Below are positions 9,354 through 19,600 of a stretch of 64,000 bases of DNA, in pieces. The notes under the pieces are model-generated. The model was not told where the DNA came from. It was given only the letters and a program-made list of their open reading frames with translations, and made no database searches. Position numbers and translations under genes: made by a program. This stretch comes from Gammaproteobacteria bacterium CG11_big_fil_rev_8_21_14_0_20_46_22. GTDB taxonomy: Bacteria; Pseudomonadota; Gammaproteobacteria; UBA12402. Where the stretch lies: positions 5,790-69,789 of the forward strand of contig PCWT01000048.1 in the NCBI GenBank assembly GCA_002796245.1. The letters run 5' to 3'. Each line of letters opens with the position of its first letter. Position 1 is the first letter of the stretch.

Positions 9354-11342
9354 ATGTTAGAAATTTTACCTAAATTCAGTGAGTTAAAAACTCAAACCCT
9401 AGAAGAAACGCTCAACACGCTCATCAAATCCGCTAAAACCGAGATTGAAAAAGCCATACCCCAAAAAGATCTTGGCTTGCTACAGACGATTGAAGACAAG
9501 CAAGAAATGATTAATCGTTACTTCGCCCCCATCTCTGCCTTAAATGCCGGCAAAAGCAGCCCTGAGTTATCCGCAGTCTACCAACACTGTTTAACCACCT
9601 TAAGCCATTTCGGGACAGAGCTTTTACACCATCGTGATCTATTTGAAGCACTGGCCTCAATCGATGAAAACACGCTTAACGAAACAGAAAAAGCCTGCCT
9701 TGCTTATCACCTGCGCGACTTTAAATTAGAAGGCGTTAATCTCGATCAAGGCACTCAAGCTCGCCTAAAAGTGATTAATGAGCGCTTGGCGACACTGTGC
9801 CATCAATTTGAAGAAAACGTTCGACTCAGCACAGAGGCTTTTTGTTTACACATCGAAAGCAAAGAAAAGCTTAGCGGCCTGCCCGCATCCAGTCTTGCAC
9901 TGTGTGCAGAATTCGCAAAACAACAAGGCAAGCCGGGTTACTGTGTCAGCCTAGATTTCCCCATTTATTACGCCATTATGCAGTTCGCTGATAACCGTGA
10001 ATTAAGAAAAACGCTGTATGATGCTTACTCAACACGAGCCTCAAACTTAAGTGCTCACAAAGATCATGACAACGGTTCATTAATGATAGAAATTTTAAAC
10101 CTTCGCCAAGAAATGGCCAGATTATTAGGCTTTAAAGACTACCCAGAATATAGCCTTAAGACCAAGATGGCGAAAGACGCAGATGAAGTCTTAAGCTTTT
10201 TAACACGCTTGTGTAAAGCGGTTAAGCCCAAAGCGCAAGAAGAGCTAGAAACGCTTAAAGTCTTCGCAAAAAAACACGGCCTTGAAACATTGGAAGCACA
10301 CGACATCCCCTATTATGCTGAAAAGCTCAAACAATCGCGCTTTAGTTTTTCAAGCGAAGAGGTACGTCAATATTTTCCCGCTCAAAAAGTGGTTAAAGGG
10401 GTATTTAAAACCGTCGGCCGATTGTTTGCGCTCGACTTTCAAGCTGTCGAACACGCTGACTGTATGGATGAAAGTGTAACCCTATATGAAGTCAAAAGCC
10501 TCTCTAGCGAAACGCTTGCTTTTCTGTATGTGGATCTTTACACGCGACAGGGCAAGCGGCAGGGCGCCTGGATGGCCGAGTGCCATAACCGCCACGTTTT
10601 TTCCGATGGAAGCCTGCAAAAACCCGTGGCGTTTTTAAACTGTAACTTCAACCCCGCAAGCAACAAGACCCCGGCCTTGTTAACCCATGACGACATAACA
10701 ACCTTATTTCACGAACTGGGTCATTGCTTACATCATCTATTGACCGAGGTAAACCTCGCGAGTGTCTCAGGCATTAACAATGTGGCTTGGGATGCGGTTG
10801 AGCTGCCCAGTCAGTTTCTCGAAAACTGGGCCTGGGATTTCACAGTACTCACTGAACTTGCCGAACACATTGAAACGGGTGAAAGCTTGCCTCAAACATT
10901 ATTTGAGAAAATGCAGGCCGCCAAACATTTTAACAACGGTTTATTTCTCGCGCGCCAGCTAGAGTTCGCGTGTTTTGACTTTAATCTGCATCTTCAGCAA
11001 AGCATCAAAACCGAAGCAGATATTCAAGCCGTACTCGATGATGCAAGAGCAAGCATTGCCGTGGTTAAACCGCCTGAAACCAACCGCTTTCAAAACAGCT
11101 TTAGCCATATTTTTGCCGGGGGTTATGCGGCAGCTTACTACAGCTATCTTTGGGCAGAAGCTTTATCAGCTGATGCTTTCTCACTCTTTGAAGAAAGCGA
11201 TTTATTCAATAAAACACTCAGCCAGCGCTACCGAAAAACCATTTTGGCTCAAGGTGCGGTCAAGCCCATGAGCGAATTATTGAAAGCCTACTTACAACGA
11301 GAAACTAAACCTGAAGCACTACTTAAAGCTTATGGGCTATAA
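9354..11342 (+). CDS. M3-family zinc oligopeptidase (oligopeptidase A / Dcp-like)
   Basis: HELGHCLHH zinc motif. The 662-aa length is typical of OpdA/Dcp. A GAGGA Shine-Dalgarno sequence sits 6 nt upstream. Confidence 0.85.
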   Translation: MLEILPKFSELKTQTLEETLNTLIKSAKTEIEKAIPQKDLGLLQTIEDKQEMINRYFAPISALNAGKSSPELSAVYQHCLTTLSHFGTELLHHRDLFEALASIDENTLNETEKACLAYHLRDFKLEGVNLDQGTQARLKVINERLATLCHQFEENVRLSTEAFCLHIESKEKLSGLPASSLALCAEFAKQQGKPGYCVSLDFPIYYAIMQFADNRELRKTLYDAYSTRASNLSAHKDHDNGSLMIEILNLRQEMARLLGFKDYPEYSLKTKMAKDADEVLSFLTRLCKAVKPKAQEELETLKVFAKKHGLETLEAHDIPYYAEKLKQSRFSFSSEEVRQYFPAQKVVKGVFKTVGRLFALDFQAVEHADCMDESVTLYEVKSLSSETLAFLYVDLYTRQGKRQGAWMAECHNRHVFSDGSLQKPVAFLNCNFNPASNKTPALLTHDDITTLFHELGHCLHHLLTEVNLASVSGINNVAWDAVELPSQFLENWAWDFTVLTELAEHIETGESLPQTLFEKMQAAKHFNNGLFLARQLEFACFDFNLHLQQSIKTEADIQAVLDDARASIAVVKPPETNRFQNSFSHIFAGGYAAAYYSYLWAEALSADAFSLFEESDLFNKTLSQRYRKTILAQGAVKPMSELLKAYLQRETKPEALLKAYGL

Positions 11343-11373
11343 AAAAGCCGCGGACTTAGCGGCTTTTAAAAAA
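11341..11373. terminator. Bidirectional rho-independent terminator between the convergent peptidase and transporter genes
   Basis: AAAAAAGCCGCggacttaGCGGCTTTTAAAAAA: a GC-rich stem flanked by an A-run and a T-run. Confidence 0.6.
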
Positions 11374-11379
11374 CAAGGG

Positions 11380-13389
11380 TTATGCCCGTTTCGGGTTAAG
11401 TGTTCGGTAAAACCAACGGCAAACTAACACTAACATCACAACAGACAAAATACTGGCAATCGGTGTAAAGCCATCTGGCACAATTTTTAGCGCATCAGAC
11501 GTTTTCTCAATCGCGAATGGAACAGCCAAAACCACGCCGATCAATGATGAGCCTGCCACCATACCGCAAGCAATCAACAAAGCATTATGCAGTCGCAAGC
11601 GAATACTGTGGTCTTCGTAAAAAGCTTGACGACCAACGCGTTTTTTCAGCGATTTGCTCGATAGATACGCCAGAATACCGCCAACCACCATGGGCCAAGA
11701 CGACGCCATCGGTAAGTAAATACCCAAGCCCATCGCCAAAACCGGAAAACTTAAACCCCGTTGTCTTGTGCGAATATTCACAATAATGGCTAAGATACCA
11801 ACACCCACGCCAATGAGAATCATTGACCACGGTAAATTGTGATTAAACACGCCTTTAACGACCGCGGCCATCATGGCCGCTTGTGGGGCAGCCAGCATTT
11901 GTGAGTGCGGCATGCCGGCATGGGGGAAAACACCACCGATGCCGTAAGCTTGAAACAGCAACTCTAAGGTTGGGCCGACAACCAGGGCTGCAATAACAAC
12001 ACCAATAAAAAGCACAACTTCTTGCTTCCACGGCGTTGCACCAACCAACTGACCTGACTTCATGTCTTGACTGGAATCATTGGCAATGGGGATAGCGCAG
12101 CCCAGCAAGGTATTCACTAACAACACAAAACCCGCCAAATGTAGGCCGCGACTTTGAAGCACAGCCGGTTCAAAGAATGAAAAGAACAGCAGCGTAATCA
12201 AGGAAAATAAGATCACGCCGGCTAAGATAAAGCCTGAACCCGGACAATTCGTCGCACCCACAAGGCCAGCAAAATAAGCCGCGAGCGAGGCGAACAAAAA
12301 CCCAAAAACCATCGCAAAAATAATGGCTAGCAAGCAAAATGACAAGGTAAAAAACGTTGAGCTGCCAGGAACATACAAGTGAAAAACATACAAAAAGAAA
12401 AGATAGCCAAAGACTAAGACGCCCAAAGAAAATAAGGCCAGCGTCTTTAGTCGCATATCCTGCTCGGTACGCAATGTTGTCGTCTCATCAAGGCCTCTGC
12501 TCGCTTTAATCGACAAAAAGATACCCTTGAAAATGGGCCCGACCAAACTAATTAACGTCCACAGACCGCCGACTAACATTTCGCCGACACCGATATAGCG
12601 AATATGGTCTGACCATAACATGCCTGCTGCTGTGACGGCATCCACACCATGTGGCACACCAAACATATACCCAACGACCGGCACACCCATTAGCCAACCA
12701 ATTAACATACCCACAAACATTGAAATGCCCACGGCTGGTCCAATAATGTAGCCTGCGCCTAATAGTGCAGGAGAAAAACCAAAACCAAAACCAAACAAAG
12801 AACCGGCTTTATGAAACCAAACCGATGTGGCGTCTGACAACACCTGAAAACCGTCCTGCAAAAAACTGATCAGAGCACCCACAAGGCCACCCAAAACTAA
12901 AGGTTTCGCGTTAGATGAGGTTTCGGCACTGGCCTTGAGCACTTCAGCAATGGCCGTACCTTCAGGAAAACGAAGATCTTTGTGGTCCATCATCACACGG
13001 CGAATCAATACTGTTGTGACAACGCCGAGAAAGCCGCCCAGCACAGTCAGAACAAAGACCTTACCAAAATCAAAACCATGCCAAAGATTTAAAATTAACA
13101 TCGCCGGTGTAATGAACGCGACACCGGCAACCACCGCTTCACCCACAGAAGCCATCGTTTGGACGATATTGTTCTCTAACACGTTTGAATGTTTAAACCA
13201 ACGCAAAACAGCCATTGCGATAATGGCTGCAGGGATGGAAGCAGATACGGTCGCTCCGACTTTCAAACCTAAGTAAGCGTTAGAAGCACACAGCAGTACC
13301 GTGAGTAAAATACCTAATAAAATCGCTTTTAAGGTTAGCTCGGGCAGCTTCTTCTCAGGACCTATAAAAGGTTCAAATTTATTATCCAA
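11380..13389 (-). CDS. Large polytopic membrane protein, probably an OPT-family oligopeptide transporter
   Basis: The 669-aa product is highly hydrophobic with many predicted TM segments. It lies convergent to the M3 peptidase gene. The family assignment is from overall architecture only. Confidence 0.5.
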   Translation of the reverse strand: MDNKFEPFIGPEKKLPELTLKAILLGILLTVLLCASNAYLGLKVGATVSASIPAAIIAMAVLRWFKHSNVLENNIVQTMASVGEAVVAGVAFITPAMLILNLWHGFDFGKVFVLTVLGGFLGVVTTVLIRRVMMDHKDLRFPEGTAIAEVLKASAETSSNAKPLVLGGLVGALISFLQDGFQVLSDATSVWFHKAGSLFGFGFGFSPALLGAGYIIGPAVGISMFVGMLIGWLMGVPVVGYMFGVPHGVDAVTAAGMLWSDHIRYIGVGEMLVGGLWTLISLVGPIFKGIFLSIKASRGLDETTTLRTEQDMRLKTLALFSLGVLVFGYLFFLYVFHLYVPGSSTFFTLSFCLLAIIFAMVFGFLFASLAAYFAGLVGATNCPGSGFILAGVILFSLITLLFFSFFEPAVLQSRGLHLAGFVLLVNTLLGCAIPIANDSSQDMKSGQLVGATPWKQEVVLFIGVVIAALVVGPTLELLFQAYGIGGVFPHAGMPHSQMLAAPQAAMMAAVVKGVFNHNLPWSMILIGVGVGILAIIVNIRTRQRGLSFPVLAMGLGIYLPMASSWPMVVGGILAYLSSKSLKKRVGRQAFYEDHSIRLRLHNALLIACGMVAGSSLIGVVLAVPFAIEKTSDALKIVPDGFTPIASILSVVMLVLVCRWFYRTLNPKRA

Positions 13390-13415
13390 AAAAATACTCC
13401 TTATTATTTTGCGAA

Positions 13416-13928
13416 CTAATGAAGCATTTTACGGTGCTGACAGCTCGCAAACACCAACATCGCAATCGTGCGAATATATTCTTCTAGCTCAACTAACATC
13501 GTTTCTGACTCGTTATCTTGACTCACCGCATCCAGGTCAAGCTGGCTAATTTCACCCAGATCCAACAAAGCTTCTTTAATATCATCGCCAAGGCTTGCGT
13601 TTGGAATATTCATGAGCGAAAAACCGCTGACAAAACCGTGGCACCAGAGCGCGAGGCTGCGCGCATAATCTAAAACACCGTGCTCGCTATCTAAGACCAA
13701 TAATTCAAAACCTAAGTCCTCACCGTCTAGCGCTTGCCACGTAACCTCATACAAATCATCTAATAATGGCAATGGTTTTTGCGCTGCAAGCAAAGCCGCT
13801 TGCCAACCGGCTTTGTCTTTACTTAAGCAAGCATGCGCAACCAATAAGCCATGAGCCTCAGCGGCAGTTAAGCCCAAGCCTGATTCTTCCAGTGCATTGC
13901 TATACGTTTGATAAGTCTCTGAATACAT
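13416..13928 (-). CDS. UPF0149-family protein (YgfB-like)
   Basis: Resembles E. coli YgfB (LTAAEAHGLL versus LTPAEMHGLI, and an acidic C-terminal helix). Confidence 0.55.
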   Translation of the reverse strand: MYSETYQTYSNALEESGLGLTAAEAHGLLVAHACLSKDKAGWQAALLAAQKPLPLLDDLYEVTWQALDGEDLGFELLVLDSEHGVLDYARSLALWCHGFVSGFSLMNIPNASLGDDIKEALLDLGEISQLDLDAVSQDNESETMLVELEEYIRTIAMLVFASCQHRKMLH

Positions 13929-14727
13929 CCTGTGAGTTAGCCTTTACCTTGTAGCGTTTGTCTTCTTCCACACAATACGCTGTTAATACACCGCCCCAAA
14001 CGCAACCCGTGTCGAGTGCGAGAACGTTTGTTTGCTTTGCTTGTCCTTGCAGCGCAGCCCAGTGGCCGAATAACACACGCTTATCGTGCCAAGAAGAGTG
14101 AAGCAAATTGTACCAGGCGAGCAAATTCTGTCCAGGGGCTTCTCGCTGACCCAAGGCATTATTTAATACAACTGTACCATCAGGCTCGCAAAAACGAATA
14201 TTGGTGATCACTTCAGCCAAGTCGGCATCATTTTTAATAGCACTTATTTTACCCAAACGCCTTAAAGGCTCGATGGCTGCCACCAGGGTTTTTGGAGCTT
14301 GATGAAAGGCCTGAGTTAAGGTTTGGCTACGCTGACAAAAGACCTCAAACGGCATACCCGGCGGAATGCCCCCGTGTACACACACAAGGGTATCGTCTTG
14401 CAAATTTAAAGAAAACGTCTGCTGGCAAAGCCAAGTCCATAAATGTTCTCGATCTTTTGCGACTAACACCGCGTCTAAGGTATCGCTTGATTTTTTGGCG
14501 TACAAACCCCAAGCGCGACCGAGCAGATGAAGATCATGATTGCCCAGTACGGCCTGGCAGTTTTTCGCCTGACTTGCAAAACGTAAGACTTCGAGCGAGC
14601 CCGGCCCGCGATTAACCAAATCACCTAAAAAAATCAAACGATCGGCATCTGAGTAATGAACAGCCTCCAGCAAAGCCATTAAACTTTGGTAGCAGCCTTG
14701 TACATCGCCAATCACAAAGGTTTTCAT
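13900..14727 (-). CDS. apaH: Bis(5'-nucleosyl)-tetraphosphatase, symmetrical (ApaH)
   Basis: MKTFVIGDVQGCY...LGDLVNRGPGSLEVL matches the ApaH metallophosphatase N-terminus. Confidence 0.9.
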   Translation of the reverse strand: MKTFVIGDVQGCYQSLMALLEAVHYSDADRLIFLGDLVNRGPGSLEVLRFASQAKNCQAVLGNHDLHLLGRAWGLYAKKSSDTLDAVLVAKDREHLWTWLCQQTFSLNLQDDTLVCVHGGIPPGMPFEVFCQRSQTLTQAFHQAPKTLVAAIEPLRRLGKISAIKNDADLAEVITNIRFCEPDGTVVLNNALGQREAPGQNLLAWYNLLHSSWHDKRVLFGHWAALQGQAKQTNVLALDTGCVWGGVLTAYCVEEDKRYKVKANSQDVFRDLSNV

Positions 14728-14764
14728 GATTCGTATCCTCGCACCCTTTTTCTGGGCTTACAAT

Positions 14765-14780
14765 CTAGGGCGTGTCCCTA
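14765..14780 (-). repeat. Intercistronic hairpin motif CTAGGGCGTGTCCCTA (TAGGG-n5-CCCTA), copy 1
   Basis: Lies between the apaG stop and the apaH start. A second copy with 16 of 17 nt identical is at 43361-43377. Partial copies are at 40687-40694 and near 17461. Confidence 0.4.
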
Positions 14781-14792
14781 AAGTTGTTTTAT

Positions 14793-15176
14793 TTAATGCA
14801 ACTTATCCGGATCGAACAAGGCAAACATCGGAATATCAATTTCCAGCTCGCTGCCATCAGCCGCTTGCATTTCATAGGTGCCCTGCATGGTGCCAATAGG
14901 TGTGTCAATCATGGCTGAACTTTGGTAACGGTATTGTTCGCCCGGTTGGATGGTCGGCTGCTCGCCGACCACGCCCACGCCTTTAACTTCGTACACGTCG
15001 CCCTCAGCATTGGTGATCCACCAACGCCGGCCTAATAATTTCACTGCCACATCACCGCAATTGACGATCGCAATGTCATATTCAAAAACATACTGATCTT
15101 GTTCAGGGTCAGACGCCTCAGGCACGTAATGTTTTTCAACCAATACATCGATTCGATAAGGGGTTTTATTTTTCAT
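14793..15176 (-). CDS. apaG: ApaG protein
   Basis: Matches the E. coli ApaG core (GRRWWITNAEGDVYEVKGVGVVGEQP...TPIGTMQGTYEM). The start was chosen at the internal ATG (MKNKTPY) to fit the ~125-aa family length; the longer ORF extends to 15212. Confidence 0.8.
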   Translation of the reverse strand: MKNKTPYRIDVLVEKHYVPEASDPEQDQYVFEYDIAIVNCGDVAVKLLGRRWWITNAEGDVYEVKGVGVVGEQPTIQPGEQYRYQSSAMIDTPIGTMQGTYEMQAADGSELEIDIPMFALFDPDKLH

Positions 15177-15957
15177 GCGCTTTAATACCGTTACTAAGCT
15201 GAACAAATTCATCCACCGAGACTCTTTCAGGTCTTAAGGTGGGGTCGATGCCGGCATTTTCAATAAGCTTAATATCACAAAAATGTTTTAAGTTATTGCG
15301 CAGTGTTTTTCGCCGCATGGAAAAAGCTTGCTTAACCAGCGCTTCAAAGTGTTTTTCATCGCGCGCATTGCGCTCGCTTTTACCACGGGGCACACCGCGC
15401 AAAATCGCCGAGTCCACTTTGGGCTCAGGCTTAAAGGCACTTGGCGGCACATCCAGCATATAGGTGACTTTAAAATAATACTGCAACACCACACTCAAAC
15501 GGCCGTAATTATTTTCACCGTCTTTGGCACAAATGCGTGCCGCCACTTCTTTTTGCAGCATCACATGCACATCCTGCAGGCGATCAATCATTCTGGCCAA
15601 GGTAAATAAAATGGGCGTGGAAATATTGTACGGAAGATTACCCACCACGCGCAGTGGCTCATCGGGCTTGAAGGCTGCAAAATTAAACGCCAAAACATCG
15701 CCTTGGTGAATCGTAAGTTTTTCAATGGGTTTAATGTGCTCTATCAAATACGCAATCGCATCGCGGTCAAGCTCAATGGCATCTAAATGATTCAAGTGTG
15801 GCAATAAAACTTGTGTCATCGCACCCAGACCTGGACCGATTTCCAACATCACGTCATCGGCTTTGGGTGAAATGATTGCGACAATATCGTCCAGTACTTG
15901 TCGATCTTTTAAAAAGTTTTGACCAAAACGTTTTTTGGCGCGCGGTTCAAATGACAT
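15166..15957 (-). CDS. rsmA: 16S rRNA (adenine1518/1519-N6)-dimethyltransferase
   Basis: FGQNFLKD and EIGPGLGAMT motifs of KsgA. Confidence 0.92.
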   Translation of the reverse strand: MSFEPRAKKRFGQNFLKDRQVLDDIVAIISPKADDVMLEIGPGLGAMTQVLLPHLNHLDAIELDRDAIAYLIEHIKPIEKLTIHQGDVLAFNFAAFKPDEPLRVVGNLPYNISTPILFTLARMIDRLQDVHVMLQKEVAARICAKDGENNYGRLSVVLQYYFKVTYMLDVPPSAFKPEPKVDSAILRGVPRGKSERNARDEKHFEALVKQAFSMRRKTLRNNLKHFCDIKLIENAGIDPTLRPERVSVDEFVQLSNGIKAHEK

Positions 15958-16688
15958 TAGCGACCCAAAATAATTTTCTGCGCAAGCTCGAGTTCCTCAG
16001 GTGTATTGATTTCCAAGGTACCATGTGGAATGGGGCAGACTTTAATTTTATACCCATGCTCTAACACACGAAGCTGCTCTAGTGACTCTGCGGTTTCTAG
16101 CGGTGTTTGTTTTAAAGTCGTGTACGTTTTTAAAAAGTCGGCACGAAAGGCATAGACACCCATGTGATTCAACACCGGTGCATAATCAATCTCTTGGCGA
16201 AAGTAGGGAATGGGCGAGCGTGAAAAATACAAAGCATAGCCTTGCTGATCATAAATCACTTTCACGCGGTGCGGTGTAAAGTAGGCTTTTTCCATGTCCA
16301 ATGGATAAGCCACCGTGGCCATATCCGGCATTTCACCCTCTAAATACGGCTGCAATAAACGTGTGAGCATATCAGGCTCGATAAAGGGCTCATCACCTTG
16401 AAGATTAATGACCACATCCATGTCAGGATACATCGTCGCCACAGCAGCCACGCGATCGGAACCCGTGGGTAAGCTTGGGTCTGTCATCACAGCCTTCCCG
16501 CCAAAGCTTTCAACCGTTTTTATGACTTCTTCGCTATCGGTCGCCACCACCAATTCATTGATGTGCGGACAATCTTTTGCCCCTTCATAGGTGTGCTGAA
16601 TAATCGGCTTTGTACCGAGCATTTGTAGCGGCTTGCGTTTCAATCGTGTTGACGCAATACGTGCTGGAATCACACATAATACTTTCAT
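15957..16688 (-). CDS. kdsB: 3-deoxy-manno-octulosonate cytidylyltransferase (CMP-KDO synthetase)
   Basis: N-terminus VIPARIASTRLKRKPL and overall similarity to KdsB. Confidence 0.92.
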   Translation of the reverse strand: MKVLCVIPARIASTRLKRKPLQMLGTKPIIQHTYEGAKDCPHINELVVATDSEEVIKTVESFGGKAVMTDPSLPTGSDRVAAVATMYPDMDVVINLQGDEPFIEPDMLTRLLQPYLEGEMPDMATVAYPLDMEKAYFTPHRVKVIYDQQGYALYFSRSPIPYFRQEIDYAPVLNHMGVYAFRADFLKTYTTLKQTPLETAESLEQLRVLEHGYKIKVCPIPHGTLEINTPEELELAQKIILGR

Positions 16689-16727
16689 TTCAACTCCTAG
16701 CCCAATCTGGCTTTCGTTTATTTACGT

Positions 16728-17396
16728 TTAAAAATGATACGCAATATTCAAAAAAATGCGCTGAATGCGCGGCATCGTACTTTTCCAAACTTCAGCATTG
16801 GGATCACTCCCTGTTTTTTCTGTTTGGTACCAAGTATAACTATAGCCAAGGCTACTCGACCAATGCGTATTGAAATGATACTTCAAGCCTAGACCAAGCT
16901 CGCCGCCCCAACGATTGAAATCATGTCCTGCCTCAACACTCGTTGTATTGTTATATGTACTGTGTCTGAAGAAGCCACGCTCTAAACCTAAAATAGCAAA
17001 TGGTGTGAAGTGATCATTGATACGCCAGCCCGGTAATATTTCTAGGCCTGCATTCCAATAAAACTTTTTCGTCGAATTGTGCGTTGTACCATAATGTGTA
17101 TGCTTTGCATTATCGTAGGTCACATTGATCTGTGCGGCGAGGTCAAGCGCACGATAAAGATAATCATAGCCAAGCAAGAGCCCCGGTGTAATGCCTCGAT
17201 CATTGTCGGTGCCTTTCATTACCGTATACGGTGAGGATTTCAAGGTCACGCGATTATGAAACCCCGTCATTTGATACGCGCCTTCAAGACCGACATAAAA
17301 GCCACCATGATTATTGACTATCGTTGATCCCGCATAAACGGTACTCATACCCAACACGATTAAAGTTGCAGATAGCGCTTTTAGCATGGGTTTCAC
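16728..17396 (-). CDS. Small outer-membrane beta-barrel protein (OmpW/opacity-like)
   Basis: Signal peptide MKPMLKALSATLIVLGMSTVYA. Alternating amphipathic beta-strands. The C-terminus ends in an aromatic residue (AYHF). Confidence 0.5.
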   Translation of the reverse strand: MKPMLKALSATLIVLGMSTVYAGSTIVNNHGGFYVGLEGAYQMTGFHNRVTLKSSPYTVMKGTDNDRGITPGLLLGYDYLYRALDLAAQINVTYDNAKHTHYGTTHNSTKKFYWNAGLEILPGWRINDHFTPFAILGLERGFFRHSTYNNTTSVEAGHDFNRWGGELGLGLKYHFNTHWSSSLGYSYTWYQTEKTGSDPNAEVWKSTMPRIQRIFLNIAYHF

Positions 17397-17502
17397 CTCA
17401 AATGTTTGTGATTTGAGTATACCGGGTTTACTTGAAATTTAAACCTCATGTTTAGGTAACATCCCTAAAGTCGTTGCTGACACAGCCATTCAAGTTGTTT
17501 AT

Positions 17503-17531
17503 AAAAAAAGCCCCTATTAGGGGCTTTTTTT
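17503..17531 (-). terminator. Rho-independent terminator downstream of groEL
   Basis: AAAAAAAGCCCCtattaGGGGCTTTTTTT. The symmetry means it can work in both directions. Confidence 0.7.
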
Positions 17532-17558
17532 ATATCAGCGAAAAGCGCTGGGTGATGA

Positions 17559-19205
17559 TTACATCATGCCGCCCATGCCGCCCATTCCACCCATGCCGCC
17601 CATACCGCCGCCAGCAGGTTCTTCTTCTCTTGGCATGTCAGTGATCATGCACTCAGTAGTCAGCATCAAACCCGCGATCGACGCCGCTTTTTCAAGTGCT
17701 GTACGTGTCACTTTCGTTGGATCTAAAATACCCATTTCGATCATGTCACCGAACTCGCCTGTCGCTGCGTTGTAGCCGTAGTTACCTTTGGCTTCCAAAA
17801 CTTTGTTCACAACCACAGCCGGCTCGTCGCCCGCATTTTTAGTGATTTGACGCAAAGGTGCTTGAAGCGCACGACGTGCGATCGCAATACCCATGTCTTG
17901 ATCGGCATTGTCACCTTTGACTTTTTCAATGGCTTGCATCACGCGAATCAGTGCAACACCGCCACCGGCAACCACGCCCTCTTCAACTGCAGCGCGTGTC
18001 GCATGCAAGGCATCATCCACACGCATTTTCTTTTCTTTCATTTCAGCTTCAGTTGACGCACCCACTTTGATCACTGCAACACCGCCGGCTAATTTTGCCA
18101 AACGTTCTTGCAATTTTTCTTTGTCGTAGTCAGAGCTTGTGTCTTCGATGTGTTTGCGAATGCTTTCAACACGCGCTTTAATCGCTTTGCCGTCACCTTC
18201 ACCATCGATCACTGTAGTTTCATCTTTTGTGACCACAATACGTTTGGCGGTACCCAAGTCTTCAAGTGTCGACTTTTCAAGGCTTAAACCGATTTCTTCA
18301 GAAATCACTTTACCGCCTGTCAAAATCGCGATGTCTTCCATCATGGCTTTACGACGATCACCAAAACCTGGTGCTTTCACCGCACACACTTTTACCGTGC
18401 CGCGCATATTATTCACAACCAAGGTTGCCAAGGCTTCGCCTTCGACATCTTCAGCAATGATCAATAAAGGATGACCTGATTTAGCCACGCCTTCTAACAC
18501 GGGCAACATTTCACGGATATTAGAGATTTTCTTATCAACCAATAGAATGTAGGGCTTTTCAAGCTCGACAGACATGGTTTCTTGGTTGTTAACAAAGTAC
18601 GGCGATAAATAACCGCGATCAAATTGCATACCTTCGACCACTGATAATTCGTTATCAAAACCCGAACCCTCTTCAACCGTGATAACACCTTCTTTGCCGA
18701 CTTTTTCCATCGCTTTTGCAATGATTTCACCAACAGAAGCATCAGCGTTCGCTGAAATCGTACCCACTTGGGCAATCGATTTATTATCAGTGCAAGGTTT
18801 AGACAAGCTTTTTAAATGCCCAACCGCCGCTTGAACAGCTTTTTCGATACCGCGTTTGATATCCATTGGGCTCATACCCGCCACAACGGCTTTTTCACCT
18901 TCAAGCACAAATTCACGCGCCAAAACCGTGGCCGTTGTTGTGCCATCGCCAGCTTCGTCTGCTGTTTGAGACGCCACTTCTTTGACAAACTGTGCGCCCA
19001 TGTTTTGAAGCTTGTGTTCAAGCTCTATTTCTTTAGCCACAGTCACGCCATCTTTGGTCATCAACGGTGCGCCGAAAGATTTATCAATCATGACATTACG
19101 GCCTTTTGGACCCATAGTCACCGCAACCGCATCAGCCAAGACATTCATACCAATGATCAAATGACGGCGCGCTTCTAATCCATGTTCTACTAATTTAGCA
19201 CTCAT
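17559..19205 (-). CDS. groEL: Chaperonin GroEL (Hsp60) with C-terminal GGM repeat
   Basis: Full-length similarity to Legionella and Coxiella Hsp60. The C-terminus is [14 protein letters not shown]. Confidence 0.97.
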   Translation of the reverse strand: MSAKLVEHGLEARRHLIIGMNVLADAVAVTMGPKGRNVMIDKSFGAPLMTKDGVTVAKEIELEHKLQNMGAQFVKEVASQTADEAGDGTTTATVLAREFVLEGEKAVVAGMSPMDIKRGIEKAVQAAVGHLKSLSKPCTDNKSIAQVGTISANADASVGEIIAKAMEKVGKEGVITVEEGSGFDNELSVVEGMQFDRGYLSPYFVNNQETMSVELEKPYILLVDKKISNIREMLPVLEGVAKSGHPLLIIAEDVEGEALATLVVNNMRGTVKVCAVKAPGFGDRRKAMMEDIAILTGGKVISEEIGLSLEKSTLEDLGTAKRIVVTKDETTVIDGEGDGKAIKARVESIRKHIEDTSSDYDKEKLQERLAKLAGGVAVIKVGASTEAEMKEKKMRVDDALHATRAAVEEGVVAGGGVALIRVMQAIEKVKGDNADQDMGIAIARRALQAPLRQITKNAGDEPAVVVNKVLEAKGNYGYNAATGEFGDMIEMGILDPTKVTRTALEKAASIAGLMLTTECMITDMPREEEPAGGGMGGMGGMGGMGGMM

Positions 19206-19219
19206 AGTTTTCTCCCCAA

Positions 19220-19504
19220 TTATTCTTCAATACCCATGATGTCTTCTTCACGCATGACAACGAATTCTTTGCCATCGATTTTGACATCCGTACCGGCATA
19301 TTTACCAAACCAAACCATATCGCCCGCTTTAACTTCAACAGCCACCAAATTGCCATTGTTGTCATGCTTGCCTTTACCGGCTGCGACCACCTTGCCGCGG
19401 CTTGGTTTTTCTTTTGCATTATCAGGAATCACGATGCCACCGGCCGTCACTTCTTCTTCAAAACGTTCGATCAAAACACGATCGTGTAATGGTCTGAAAT
19501 TCAT
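19220..19504 (-). CDS. groES: Co-chaperonin GroES
   Basis: [14 protein letters not shown] matches GroES. A GGAGG Shine-Dalgarno sequence lies upstream. The ORF-track extension to 19540 uses an upstream GTG. Confidence 0.95.
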   Translation of the reverse strand: MNFRPLHDRVLIERFEEEVTAGGIVIPDNAKEKPSRGKVVAAGKGKHDNNGNLVAVEVKAGDMVWFGKYAGTDVKIDGKEFVVMREEDIMGIEE

Positions 19505-19533
19505 AGGTTTTTCCTCCAATTGTACAGTGAGTA

Positions 19534-19560
19534 TTAGCACTCAGTGTCTGAGAGTGCCAA
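19534..19560 (-). promoter_or_regulatory. CIRCE inverted repeat (HrcA operator) in the groES 5' leader
   Basis: TTAGCACTC-N9-GAGTGCCAA matches the CIRCE consensus TTAGCACTC-N9-GAGTGCTAA at 17 of 18 positions. Confidence 0.7.
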
Positions 19561-19569
19561 TCATAGGTG

Positions 19570-19600
19570 ATATGGGGTTGAGGTCAAGAAATTTCAAGGC
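19570..19600 (-). promoter_or_regulatory. Sigma32-type heat-shock promoter for groESL
   Basis: On the minus strand: GGCCTTGAAA, then a 14-nt spacer, then CCCCATAT. This matches the sigma32 consensus CCCTTGAA-N13-15-CCCCATNT. The -35 element overlaps the stop codon of the upstream GT-C gene. Confidence 0.55.

Noticed and set aside
17566-18474. Several 60-120-aa antisense ORFs inside groEL, including proline- and alanine-rich frames opposite the GGM repeat.
   Set aside because: They are entirely embedded in a highly conserved gene, on the opposite strand, with compositional bias. These are typical spurious frames.
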